Origin: Octopus sinensis
Lineage: Eukaryota
Length of the DNA stretch: 64,000 nt
Reading direction: 5' to 3'
Assembly (NCBI RefSeq): GCF_006345805.1
Contig: NC_042999.1
Span: 119,412,001-119,476,000, forward strand
The number at the start of each line of letters is the position of its first letter. The first letter of the stretch is position 1. Positions 11,804-24,830 of the stretch are shown piece by piece. The notes below the pieces were generated by a model. The model was not told the DNA's origin and ran no database searches. It worked only from the letters and a program-made list of their open reading frames with translations. The position numbers were made by a program, and so were the translations under genes.

Positions 11804-12008
11804 AGGTGACAAGAATAGTTTTGGCATTTATACATTTAGGCAGATTTAAAGTGGTGGTGGTGGGGGACTTTTTGGGGTAGGCATGGCGCAAACTGTCTTT
11901 CTTAGGGGAGTGGTCAAAAGAATCAGTGATAAAGTAGATAAAAGAATAAATAGAATGAAGTTTTAGGTAAAAAAGAAGACTATCACTTATATATATATAC
12001 ATATATAT

Positions 12009-12039
<31 letters not shown>

Positions 12040-12145
12040 CATATACACACATACATACATACATATATATATATATAAACGATGATGATGATGATGATGA
12101 TGCACCCACATACATACATATACGTACACACCCATACACATAATC

Positions 12146-12196
12146 AGCTTCCTGATGATTTCTTTTGAATGAAACAGTTCTAGTCCTGTAGAAGCT
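12146..12196 (+). ncRNA. Type I hammerhead ribozyme motif (identical to 11753-11803)
   Basis: agcttc-CTGATGA-tttcttttgaat-GAAACAG-ttctagtc-CTGTA-gaagct. Confidence 0.75.
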
Positions 12197-12276
12197 CCTT
12201 CTATAAAATAAATTAATTTACTCTGCTATGTATTGAGTACCTTATTTACTGTGGTTAACCCCGACTCAACCCGGAC

Positions 12277-12307
<31 letters not shown>

Positions 12308-12317
12308 AATATATATA

Positions 12318-12431
<114 letters not shown>

Positions 12432-12459
12432 TCACACACACACACAGACATATATATTT

Positions 12460-12746
12460 GTGGAGGTGCAATGGCCCAGTGGTTAGGGCAGTGGACTCGC
12501 AGTCGTAGGATCGTAGTTTCAATTCTCAGACCGGGCATTTTGAGTGTTTATTGAGGCTCTGGCAGGGGGTTGTGGTGATCCCTGCTGTACTCTTTCACCA
12601 CAACTTTTTCTCACTCTTTCTTCTGTTGGCCTGCTCACTTAGCCAGTGGGGTGGTGTCATTGAAGGCTAAAATAATGTGAACCGCATAGTGACCAGCGAT
12701 GTGTAGCAACATCTGATGGGCCTGGTCAGTCATGTGATTACATGAT
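12460..12746 (+). mobile_element. tRNA-derived SINE (family A)
   Basis: A-box-like tggcccagtggttagg and B-box-like gtttcaattctc head; body shared with 15567-15881 and 44125-44424. Confidence 0.8.
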
Positions 12747-13389
12747 ATTTATATTTACATATAAGGCTGAGCGCAAAATACTGAACCTTACAAAGGAGAT
12801 GACAGAGGACTAAGATATGGTACTCAAGAAGACCTGCTCACAACAATGGAGATTCTAAAACCAAAGTGCCACGTAAAAAGCACTGGTTGTACATTCTGTA
12901 CAGAGGTTGGTGTTAGGGAAAACATCCAGCCTTAGAACCCATGCCAAATCAGACTATGGAACCTGGTGCAGCCCGTGGCCTTGCCAGTTCTTGTCAAGCT
13001 GTCCAGCACATGCCAGTATGGAAAATGGACATTAAGTGTCGATGAGGATGATGATGATTATGATGATACACACATACATGCAAACACACACATACACACA
13101 TGCACAGTGAGACTGAAACTAAAGCCATGTGGTCAGGATGTAGACTTCTTAAACACAGTCATGCCTACTTCCACGTGTGTGCATGTGTGTGTGTGTGTGC
13201 ATGTGTGTTCACTTATTATTATATTATTATATTATTATTATATCTTTCAACATCTTGTATAAAGATCTTACCCTCTCCTTTCATATTTGTAAACGAGTTT
13301 TTATGGCACCATTTTATCTTAACCGGTAACTTTAGTGAAAGTTTCATATTTTTGATATCCCTTTAAGCCACTGTGGTTAATAAAGAGAT

Positions 13390-13442
13390 TGTCATCATCA
13401 TCATCATCGTCATCGTCGTCATCATCATCATCATCATCCATA

Positions 13443-13497
<55 letters not shown>
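13390..13497. repeat. (TCA)n followed by (TTA)n trinucleotide repeat
   Basis: Direct inspection; it explains the poly-S/poly-L pseudo-ORF. Confidence 0.95.
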
Positions 13498-14744
13498 CAA
13501 AGGGAAAATATTATGCCAATTTGTATGGAATTCTTGAATGCTGGAATAAAGAAGTTGACAAGGTCATAATCCTGCCAATTACCAGTGGAAGTCTGGGAGT
13601 AGTGATGAGGAATTTGAGAATAAATTGTGGAATGCTAGATCTTGGAACAATGAATTAAATTGATACTAGTACTTTACTGGTACTTATTTTATCAACCTAG
13701 TAAAGATGATAGTCAAAGTTAACCTTAGTTGGATTTGAAACCAGAAGGTTATGGAATATAACTACACACTGTTAAGCATATTGGTTCGACGACATACTCA
13801 GTCTGCTGTTCACTGATCCTATGACAATAATTGAGGTTTTCATTTTCAGATTCTCAGATGCTTTGTAACAATGATTTCTTTTTGATATATTTAGATAATG
13901 ATTTCTTTTGACAGGAATACATAATATACATAATAATAATAAACATATTACAGCAACGAACAATATGAACACCTACATATACCACCTATATATGAATTCC
14001 GAAAGTGAATATCTACATAAATATTTTTTTTTTGAAAAAAGCCAAATCAGTCATAAAAAATAAAATCTCATATTGAAGAACCTTCACAGACTCTGTACAT
14101 TAGCTAGATATAGCTGGAATTTAATCAATAATGGCTATTCTAACATTGTAGTCAACCAACATATCAAATGTTACAGAGGAAAAATAAATTGATTTTACTT
14201 ATACAAACACTAATGAAGTATAGCAAGGCTACAAGAAAATGCACACATATAGCAAGTATACAAGAAAAGGCACACATACACACACACCCAAAGAATATTT
14301 TAGGCAGACAAAAATGTACTATGGTTACTGGACTGATGAATTTGTCTTAAAAAAGCTGATAAAACACTACACTAAATGCATTAACCTTAATGATAAACTA
14401 GTATTGGAAATTTATTATAAAATCATAAAGATTAGAAACTTGGTTATCAACAATAAACCAGAAGCCAGAAAGGATGAGAAAATGTTCCAAATGACTAATG
14501 TAATATACTGATTGAACTGCAGATATGAAAGTTGGAAACTTCATCATCCTAACTGCTATACCACATTATTCAACAGTCAAACCATGCATTTCTAACAAGG
14601 TACTATTGTAAAACATTACAATACATATTATAATACATAACATGACAGATAACAGTCTTGTTCCATGGAAAGTAGCCCACCCACAAAGATAAGAGACAAA
14701 TAATAGAATCAATTTTTTAATATGTGTGTGTGTGTTACTATATA

Positions 14745-14780
<36 letters not shown>

Positions 14781-14899
14781 TGTGTGTTGCCTATGTACAA
14801 AATCATTATTAAGGAAGTCATCCTCCTCCTCATCATAATAGGCTGCCCATTAATAAGTGACCATAACTATTTATAAAATCATGAGTCAAGCTGTCAAAA

Positions 14900-17760
14900 G
14901 TGGATCACATTCCCCCACTGGTTTCTGTCCTGGGCTGTTATGGTTCACCTGTGGGTATTAATATTTTATCTCTTTGTTACCTTTAACCACTTCCTTGCCT
15001 CTAATCTGAACAACAGGGTTGCTAATTCTATTGCTCAGTATATTTTGCACTTCATATGGACCTAATCCTTTGTATGCTGTGTTACAATTATGCTCTCTCA
15101 ACTTTACAGATGCTCATCACATGATTTAGTTTGTTTCAGAGCTTACGATCACAGCTGATTACTCTGATTTTATTGGTAAAGCAGCTTGTCACTACCAATT
15201 TCTTCATTTTAACAGTGTAGAGCTAGAGATAGAACTGGACTGTAAGAGAACTTCCATCTTCTAGATATCAATATTCAGAGCTTTGTGGCTGCACAATCAC
15301 AAGTGCCTATCAGATCCTCAACTATGGAAGACAAGGGCACAATCATCAGCAAGCAGTATCCCTCTCTCCCTTTTCCTCCCTCTCTCTCCTGATCCATCTC
15401 TGTCTGTCTGTCTGTCTGTTTCTCTCTCTCTAACAGATGTATGGTCTTTGCCTTAGCTTCAAGGCAATTTAAGTAGGTTAGTGTTTGATGTTAACCTGTC
15501 TAAATACCTAAAACTACATGAAAATATGTACTACAAATACACTGAATGTATAACTGTATGTATATATTTTTTTTTTATGCGCCCTTTTCCCGACTAGCCA
15601 GGCTCATGGGCCCAGTTTCCCAGTTTCTGTGGCGTATGTGTTACCCCCAGCTGGACAGGACACCAGTGCATCGCAGCGTTACTCAAGAAACAGGAAGAGA
15701 GAGCGAGAGAAAGTTGTGGCGAAAGAGTACAACAGGGGTCACCACCACCCCCTGCCAGAGCCTTGTGGAGCTTTAGGTGTTTTTGCTCAATAAACACATA
15801 CAATGCTTGGTCTGGGAATCGAAACCATGAAGCTCTGACCGTGAGTTCGCTGCCCTAACCACTGGGCCATTGCACCTCCACATAACTGTATGTATATACT
15901 TTCATTTAATGAAAAGCATCTTAAGCTATGCAAACAAACAGGCTGAGAATAATGTTGGATAATGTTGGTGTGAGAAAACAGTCTTGTTTGACTCCCACAG
16001 TAACATTAAACTGTATGACTCTGGAGGTTATCTGAGTAACTAAACCATCATGCAATTGTGTAAGGACACTGTCATATATTTGAATTTTGATGTCCTATGA
16101 ATGACATCCAAACCTTCTAAATGCCTGCAGCATGTTTGGCCAGTTTGATGTGTTCAATGCCTTCATAAAGTCAACAAAGGGTATATACAGTGCCTTGTTT
16201 TGTTGCACACATTTCTTCTCACAGAGGCAAAACACCACATCTATGTTGTTTCTTTATTAGTGTCTTCATCACTAAAGTAAACAGAAAAATCTCTTGATAG
16301 TTTTTACATTCACTCTTATATTACCTTTCTCGAATATTAATATGGTACTAGCATTTTTCCAGTTTGGGACATCCTTTGCCAGTCATGCTTCCAGAATTAA
16401 ATAATGGAGACATCTACTGAGTTTGTTTGTTTCTTATTATGCACTTTTATTATCCTGTCCACTCCTGGTGCCTTTCTTTCTGAGAGTGGTCTTAGTGGCA
16501 ACCAATATCTCTTTTATATTTACTAGTCCTCCATTGATACATTATTTGTGTCACATTTTACAAGGTTTCTAATCGAAGCACCCTTGTACATTGAGCATTT
16601 GCTGAAAGTGTTCAAATATTCATAATTTTCCTGGAACATTTCTGATCTGTCATCTGATCTCAGCTGAGCGACACTTTTTTCTGCTTCTCTGGCCAAAATA
16701 CATTCATCAGTGCAGCATCAAAGATATACATGTTACTGAAATCAACAGCAATTTGCTGCATGGTAGCTTTATTTTTCTATCACTTAAACTTCATTCTGTA
16801 GGCTTCTTGTTAGTCTTGATCAAGTGGTGAGAATCTAGAGATATATTTATTTGTGTTACTCTAATATTGAAAAAGAAAAAAAAAATGAACAAATAAAAGA
16901 AATTCTCTTGACATTTCTTCACAGGACTTACAAATATTGCTTTAACTATTGTAAACAACACTGCAGAAGCAGAATAAGAACTATCTTGTATTCATACGAA
17001 TTGGCTTTGCTGGTATGTCTCCCATAATTCCAGAACATTATCCATATCACTTTCCAGAGTGGCTTTCTCAGTCTTTTTTATTGCTAGTATAATGACTTTG
17101 GAGGTTTGGCCTTGTTCAGTTCATGGAAACTTCTGTGAAGATTGCCTTTGATTAAGGTATTCAGTGATCGATGCTACAGTTTGGCCTTTTCCACCACTCA
17201 TGTAAAATGTATATCATCTATGTTCTGCAACCTAGTTATGATACAGCCAAGTAGATACCAGAGCTTCAAGCATGGATGCATTCTAGCTGCTTCCCACTCG
17301 TATTCTGTTTGAAGAAAGTCTTGGCATTAATGACACTCTGCTTAGAACCTAAAATGGGAAATTTCCCAATTGAGTAGTCTGCCAACAACAGCCAGGCTGC
17401 TTATCTCCTTGTCAAATGTGAAATCTCTTATTAATTTTAGCTTGTCTCTCTGGGGTACATTGCATATTATTATTTGGTGAGTGCTGCAGAACCCTTATTT
17501 TGTATCATCATGGCTGATGACACATGAGCATAAATACTGAACGATGTAGCATTCCTTTCTCATAGAAACTCTGAAGCTCCCAGTCTAGTGACCTGGTAGC
17601 AGTTGTGGTTCTTGGCTTATCCCTTTCATTACTGTATTTATTTTGAGATGCTCTGTGTTGCTTTCAATTACTTCAAATATAACAAAGAATTTAGAAAATA
17701 CTTAGTTATCATTCAGCTTGTGTTAGGGCCTGATAATGGCTTATTTTCTTGTATCCTATT
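14900..17760 (-). mobile_element. Heavily decayed RTE (BovB-like) LINE, interrupted by a SINE
   Basis: Minus-strand remnants: DVVFCLCEKKCVQQNKALYIPFVDFMKA (~16170-16250), QLHDG...VTVGVKQDCFLTPTL (~15960-16060), KMEVLLQS (~15240-15265). Boundaries are approximate. Confidence 0.6.
15567..15881 (-). mobile_element. Full-length tRNA-derived SINE (family A) with A10 tail and 17-bp TSD
   Basis: TSD ataactgtatgtatata at 15550-15566 and 15882-15898; T10 at 15567-15576; tRNA-like head at the right end. Confidence 0.92.
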
Positions 17761-18808
17761 GCACTTTTAAATGCTGCACAGAATGGGAGATAGCTAGAGT
17801 TATTCAAGGTACTTTGGGCATTATTCAGTTCAGTATTTTTTTGACTTATTGACATTATTTCCATTGCAATTCTTACAATAGTTTTCTTAGTTACTAGTCT
17901 CCTACACTTGATGAGCTGTAGTATACATAACAGCTAAAGATGGGCCCCAAAAAGATGAAATAGCTCAAGACTCAACATCTATCCAATACCACCTATATGT
18001 TCTGTAGCAACAACTTATATGGGTGGACATACATCACACTGTTGTTATCTAAAGGCCAGATGATGCAGTGATATAGAAATTAAAGAAGTGGTTTATCAGA
18101 AGTAATGGGCTGTTAGAATAAATGCATTACAGTATCTAAGCTTATTTCTATATGTTTGGAGTTCAGTTCTTGTTGGAGTTGACATTGCACATATATGTTT
18201 ATGAGAGACATGAACCACATTTACTACATAATATAGCACTGTAGTTGAAACCATTTCTTCCCATTTATAATTATAATGTTCTCGAGAAAGGCATACAATA
18301 CATACAATCTTATTTTCCCTCATTTATCACTCTGCCGAGGCATTGTGCTTATGCAAGAAATCAATAGAATATGAATCAACAATTAAGAACCAAAAATGTC
18401 ACATATACACACATATAGCAAAAACATGGGTATAAATACTTACACAATCCAGATCTGCAGGCAACAGTACTTTGGTAAAATTGACAAGTGTTTGGTTATC
18501 TCTAAGTGCTAAGCTCAAATCCAAATTTTCTCATAAGAATAGCTTATAATGGGTTGTGACAGGTTGGTATGCCCTAAGATGTACAGCAGTGTGATCAGTG
18601 ATAGCCTGTTGACCCAATGGCGTTTACAGCTCACAAACAAACGAAAGCAGGCACAGACACTAGAGTATATATTTATGTAAATATACCTGTATATTTATAC
18701 ATTCTGCGAGTGTATGTATATGTTTGGGTAAGGATATAAATATATATATGTACACACACACATATATATATATATATATGTGCATGTATGTGTGTGAGGG
18801 TATAGAGC

Positions 18809-18878
<70 letters not shown>

Positions 18879-18967
18879 AGATATAGATATATACATACAT
18901 ATATATATAACATTTACACCACTCATGCTACACTGCATATGCACATATATGTATGAATGTGAATATG

Positions 18968-18998
<31 letters not shown>

Positions 18999-19371
18999 TA
19001 TCATCATCATTTTATGTTCATTTTTCATGCTGACTTGGAGAGGAAAGTTTGACAGGATTCTCTGAGTTGGGAGAACCATATCTTACTTCAGTCTATATAC
19101 AGAGAGACAAAGAGAGAGATAGATAGTATCCACCCACATGTCCGTCTCTGCTTATCTCTCTCTTTCTCTTTGACTTTCTGTCTCTCTCTCTCTCTCTGTT
19201 TTTCTCTCTGTCTCTCTTACTTTTTTCCTATCTTTCTTTCTTTCTTTCTTTCTTTCAAACTATAACTATGTTCAGTCTGATGAAGATATTTCAAGCGTCT
19301 GTTGCTATAGCTTCGGGCTGACTAGAGTCCTTGAGAACAGATTTGACAAACAGAAACTGAAAAAAACCTTG

Positions 19372-19410
<39 letters not shown>

Positions 19411-19425
19411 CACACGCATACATGC

Positions 19426-19461
<36 letters not shown>

Positions 19462-20018
19462 GAGAAAATATGAGATGTATGTGTATGCATATGCTTATCT
19501 CCTTCGTTTTACATTACATGGTTGTGGTAAGAACTGTCATTCATTTCGAATATCCTGTCTAAACATCTCTAACTATGGGGAAATATTACCTTCCAGGTGA
19601 AGGTGGACAACAAGAAGGACATCTTGCTGCAGAAAATCTCCCTCAATAAACTCTGTCTGACTTATGCAAGCAAAGCAAAATAGATGTTAAAATGATGGTG
19701 ATGATAACATATATATTAAATATATTAAGTAGACACACACACACACACACACATATGGATGTATATATGTATATGTATATGTATATATTATGTATATATA
19801 TATATACATACATACATAACCAACAACTGATGAAGGGTTGTTCTTTGTGTTACTTACCCTGCCTTCCATTTTTTTCTCTCATTGTTTGCAGATTTAAGTC
19901 CTTTGCTTGTGTATTTCCTGCTGTTTACTGTTAGTGATGTCCTGTACCCATATATGCATGCATATATATGTATATGTATATGTATATATATGTATATATA
20001 TATATATATATACATACA

Positions 20019-20278
20019 CAGTTGCAGCCAAAATGTTCAGAACGGCATTGTTTTCGTTAGAAAAGTAGGTAGAAGTTTTTATCAAAGTAGTTTTATATTC
20101 TATATAAAATCATCCATAACTTTTGTATTATCCTCTCAAATTACACCAAAATCTCAGGCAATAACAAATAATATTGTATTTATTGTCTGTGAAAATTATA
20201 GAATATAAAACAACTTTGATAATTATACCTACTTTTCTGATGAAAACAATGCCGTTCTGAACATTTTGGCCGCCACTG
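20019..20278. mobile_element. Tc1/mariner-type MITE (260 bp, ~85-bp TIRs)
   Basis: Termini cagttgcagccaaaatgttcagaacggcattg... / ...caatgccgttctgaacattttggccgccactg, followed by TA. The left TA reads CA. Confidence 0.8.
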
Positions 20279-20634
20279 TATATACATATAATACAAAATA
20301 CACAGACAGTTAGGTGATACAAAAAGGGACAATAAAACATCCAGATAGACGATACAAAGAAAACAAGGACAGGTCATTTGGAGTATTCTTTCCTCAGTCG
20401 AGTTCCAGATTATCTTTGCAATTTCAGCTGGTTATACTCGGGATTGCTTCAATCTGGCCAGCCCCAATTGGAGCATTAGATTCCATGGAAAAAAGCAGCG
20501 AATATACACGAAAACAGGGACGGAAAAAAATCAGAGAATGTTACACAAATATAAATAACAGCAGGTGTCTTTCGACTAAGGACAAATTAAATTAAGCTGG
20601 CGTGTTTTCTTTCCTCAGTCGAGTTCCAGATTTT

Positions 20635-21713
20635 ATATATATATATATATATATACACACATTCATAAACACGTATATATATGTGTATATTTATATTTAT
20701 GTATATACATATAATTATATATGTACATATATAACCCTAACCCTAACCACATGCTTCTAGGCTCAGTCCCATTGCATGGCACCTTGTGCAAGTATCTTCT
20801 ACTATAATCTCACAACGTATTTCGTCTACTATAATCTCACAACGTATTTCGTATTGAACTCACAACGTATTTCGTCTGCTGTTACGTTGTGAGTTCAAAT
20901 TCCGCCGAGGTCGACTTTGCCTTTCATCCTTTCGGGGTCGATTAAATAAGTACCAGTTACCTCACTGGGGTCGATATAATCGACTTAATCCGTTTGTCTG
21001 TCCTTGTTTGTCCCCTCTGTGTTTAGCCCCTTGTGGGTAGTATGAAATATATAATCTCAGGCTGACCAAAGCATTGTGAGTGGATTTGGTAGATGGAAAC
21101 TGAAAGAAGCCCATTGTATGTGTGTGTGTGTGTGTGTATGTATGTATATATATGCATGCATGTATGTATGTGTATATACGTAGGCAGATAGATAAACAGA
21201 TATTGAATGTTCATATATTATCATCTTATATCTACTTTCCATGCTTGCATGTATGCAAATATACTTGTGTGTATGTGTGTACGTATATACACGCATGTGT
21301 GTTTGTGTGTGCGTGTGCATATGTTATGTGTGTGTAAGTATGCAATAATACCATGTGTATGTGATTGTTTCGTATGTGATGAAAACATTCAAAGCATCTT
21401 GGTAGAGATTGTTATAACACAAAAATTATAATTGATAAAATACTCTACAAATCATTTTCTGAGATTACATCACAGTTGTTTAACCCTCACATCAGAAGCA
21501 TTTCGAGTCAAAATAGAAGTAATTAAAATGGAATTTATTATTGGTATGTTGGGAGATGAAGGGTTAACTGAAGTAATCATCTGAGATTTTTGGCACCCTT
21601 TGTGAGTCGAAGCTAAGCATATACAGATCTATGTTTGCATGAACATGCTCAAGGTTAAATGCATACACACACATGAACATCTCAACATCCTCATATACAT
21701 ACACATTATATAC

Positions 21714-21746
<33 letters not shown>

Positions 21747-22802
21747 TCATAAACACGTATATATATGTGTATATTTATATTTATGTATATACATATAATT
21801 ATATATGTACATATATAACCCTAACCCTAACCACATGCTTCTAGGCTCAGTCCCATTGCATGGCACCTTGTGCAAGTATCTTCTACTATAATCTCACAAC
21901 GTATTTCGTCTACTATAATCTCACAACGTATTTCGTATTGAACTCACAACGTATTTCGTCTGCTGTTACGTTGTGAGTTCAAATTCCGCCGAGGTCGACT
22001 TTGCCTTTCATCCTTTCGGGGTCGATTAAATAAGTACCAGTTACCTCACTGGGGTCGATATAATCGACTTAATCCGTTTGTCTGTCCTTGTTTGTCCCCT
22101 CTGTGTTTAGCCCCTTGTGGGTAGTATGAAATATATAATCTCAGGCTGACCAAAGCATTGTGAGTGGATTTGGTAGATGGAAACTGAAAGAAGCCCATTG
22201 TATGTGTGTGTGTGTGTGTGTATGTATGTATATATATGCATGCATGTATGTATGTGTATATACGTAGGCAGATAGATAAACAGATATTGAATGTTCATAT
22301 ATTATCATCTTATATCTACTTTCCATGCTTGCATGTATGCAAATATACTTGTGTGTATGTGTGTACGTATATACACGCATGTGTGTTTGTGTGTGCGTGT
22401 GCATATGTTATGTGTGTGTAAGTATGCAATAATACCATGTGTATGTGATTGTTTCGTATGTGATGAAAACATTCAAAGCATCTTGGTAGAGATTGTTATA
22501 ACACAAAAATTATAATTGATAAAATACTCTACAAATCATTTTCTGAGATTACATCACAGTTGTTTAACCCTCACATCAGAAGCATTTCGAGTCAAAATAG
22601 AAGTAATTAAAATGGAATTTATTATTGGTATGTTGGGAGATGAAGGGTTAACTGAAGTAATCATCTGAGATTTTTGGCACCCTTTGTGAGTCGAAGCTAA
22701 GCATATACAGATCTATGTTTGCATGAACATGCTCAAGGTTAAATGCATACACACACATGAACATCTCAACATCCTCATATACATACACATTATATACATT
22801 AT
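20635..22802. repeat. 1084-bp tandem duplication (two apparently identical copies)
   Basis: All landmarks are offset by exactly 1084 (e.g. ORFs 21023/22107, 21122/22206); the junctions fall in (TA)n tracts. Confidence 0.95.
20745..21120 (+). mobile_element. Nested SINEs: a family-B SINE (~20811-21051) inserted in another tRNA-derived SINE; duplicated at 21829-22204
   Basis: The outer SINE (same family as 56385-56548) is split at tataatctc, which is repeated on both sides (TSD-like). The inner body contains gactttgcctttcatcctttcggggtcgattaaataagtaccag. Confidence 0.8.
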
Positions 22803-22841
22803 ATATATATATATATGCATATATATATATACACACACATA

Positions 22842-24145
22842 CAGGGTGGGGCAGAGAGGACGGATGTTTTTGAAAATTTCACAAAATCATAAATTTTAGC
22901 TACAAACAAATTTTACTGACATCAATGTGTTCATATTGAATTAGCATTTGTCAAAATCAAGTCTGGAAAACAACATCCATCATGTGGTGTCTGTTCCTGT
23001 TGATACATTTCTGAAGGTTTTCTTGGGAGTTGGCCTTCACTCTCTCCAGCACTGCTCTGTTGAGTTGGGTGACTTCTACATGAATAGTTTTCTTCAAGTC
23101 ATCAAGTGTATGAAGCTTATGCACATACACATGTGCCTTAAGGTTTTCTCACACACGGATAAATCGGGGGATCAAGGACCAAGGAATGTCAACAAGCCTG
23201 GAAATGAGATGGTCACTAAAGAGAGGGTGAAGAACGTCCATTGATGCTTTAGCTGTGAGGGCCATCATCCCATCCTGCTGAAATCACACATGTTGAATAG
23301 GCATATATTATCGTTGTAATTCAGGCACAAAGAAGTTGTTTATCATCTTGATGTAATGCTCAGAGATTACAATAACAGCATTTCCATTACTGTCTTCTGA
23401 AAAATAAGGACCAATGACAGCAGCTTTTCCAACACCACACCAGACCATCATTTTTGGGCTGTGCAGTGGTCTCTTGTGCAGTTCTCTCAGATTTTCAAGA
23501 GTCAAGTAATGACAGTTCTGTTGATTCACCATGTTGTTGAAATGAAAATGAGCTTCATTACTCATTAACAAAATGAAGTTGTCATTTGCCTCAAAAATTG
23601 CTTCCATCTGACATGTGAAGTTAAGCTGTTGTGCATAGTTGCATATTTTCAACTGTTGCCCAAAGACCAATTTGTATGGGTGGAAATGCAGGTCTTTATG
23701 CAAAATATGCCTTACTGGTCGATTACCAATGCCAAGTTCAGTGGAATGCTTCTGAGTAGAGCAATTCAGAATCTATATCAATGCTTGTCTGGTGTGTTCC
23801 AGCTTTTTCTGTACCATTCATGGCACCCCTACCAGTTTCCTATTCATTGGTGTACCTTGTGTACGAAGTGCATTCACCCAAAGTAAGATTGTGCTATGGG
23901 ATTTCAGTAAATGTTGAAGTGGCACCAAAACTTACACTAAACTGCTGTGACAGACTCGTTACTCTTCATGTAACTGGCATAGGCTAACATGTGATGCTCT
24001 ATCATCCACAGCACCAAGGCTTCACCTGAAAAGGAACAAAAATGATAAGACACCACAGATCGAATGGTACCTGTTGGATATATGTCCCTCCAACTAGGGC
24101 TGAGTAATAGCCATTTAAAAAATTTCAATCAACTCCACCCCAACC

Positions 24146-24147
<2 letters not shown>
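22842..24147 (-). mobile_element. Full-length decayed Tc1/mariner transposon (maT/DD37D-like), 1306 bp
   Basis: TA flanks at 22840-41 and 24148-49; degenerate TIRs cagggtggggcagag / caggttggggtggag. Transposase relic: HKDLHFHPYKL...SNEAHFHFNNMVNQQNCHY...PLHSPKMMVWCG...IGPYFSE...*FQQDG...PWS(fs)PDLS. Stops and frameshifts prevent counting the catalytic spacing. Confidence 0.88.
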
Positions 24148-24231
<84 letters not shown>

Positions 24232-24239
24232 TGGGCCTC

Positions 24240-24815
24240 ACTGAGACAATAACAAGTGACCGAGACCTTTGGGCTGAGACCCTTGTGCTTGAGAAGAGCT
24301 GGCAAGCCAAGTGGCCTTTTGCCAGTGCACTATAACCAGCCCATTTAAGAGTACCCTTCAATCATTCTGCAATAAACTGAACTTGCGAAGACTAGTTGAG
24401 GCAAGTGAATCATTGTCATGGCCGATGACAGTACCACCTGATTGGCTCCCATGCCAGTGGCATGTAAAAAGCACCATTCGAGTGTGATTGATGCCAGTGC
24501 CAGCTGACTGGCTCTGTGCCGGTTGCACATAAAAAGCACCATCCAATCATGGTCATCGCCAGTGCCACCTGATTAGCTCCTGTACCCTTGGCAAGTAAAA
24601 AGCACCATTTAAACATGGTCGATGCCAGTACCGTCTGACTGTGCTTCAGGCTGGTGGCATGTAAAAAGCACCCACTACACTCTTGGAGTGGTTGGCATTA
24701 GGAAGGGTATCCAGATCGGATTGGAGCCTGGTACAGACTTCTGGCTTGCCAGACCCCCAGTCAAGCCGTCTAACCCATGCCAGCATAGAAAGTGGACCTT
24801 AAACGATGATAATGA
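24240..24815 (+). mobile_element. RTE-associated 3'-tail/SINE-like repeat
   Basis: Contains aaaagcaccat subrepeats and the family terminus ...gtggaccttaaacgatgat. Confidence 0.7.
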
Positions 24816-24830
24816 TATATATATATATAC

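Larger units (their letters stand above)
11737..12212. repeat. Inverted repeat: identical 67-bp arms, each carrying a hammerhead motif; 342-bp spacer
   Basis: 11737-11803 is the reverse complement of 12146-12212. The spacer is ~180 bp of unique sequence plus microsatellites. Confidence 0.9.

Noticed and set aside
12460-12535. tRNA-like sequences (also 15810-15881, 44350-44424, 51465-51530, 56480-56548)
   Set aside because: These are SINE heads: A/B boxes are present but there is no complete cloverleaf, and each continues into a SINE body.
14330-14375. CTGATGA...gctgat-AAAAC motif
   Set aside because: Stem II does not pair, GAAA is absent and there is no NUH/stem I.
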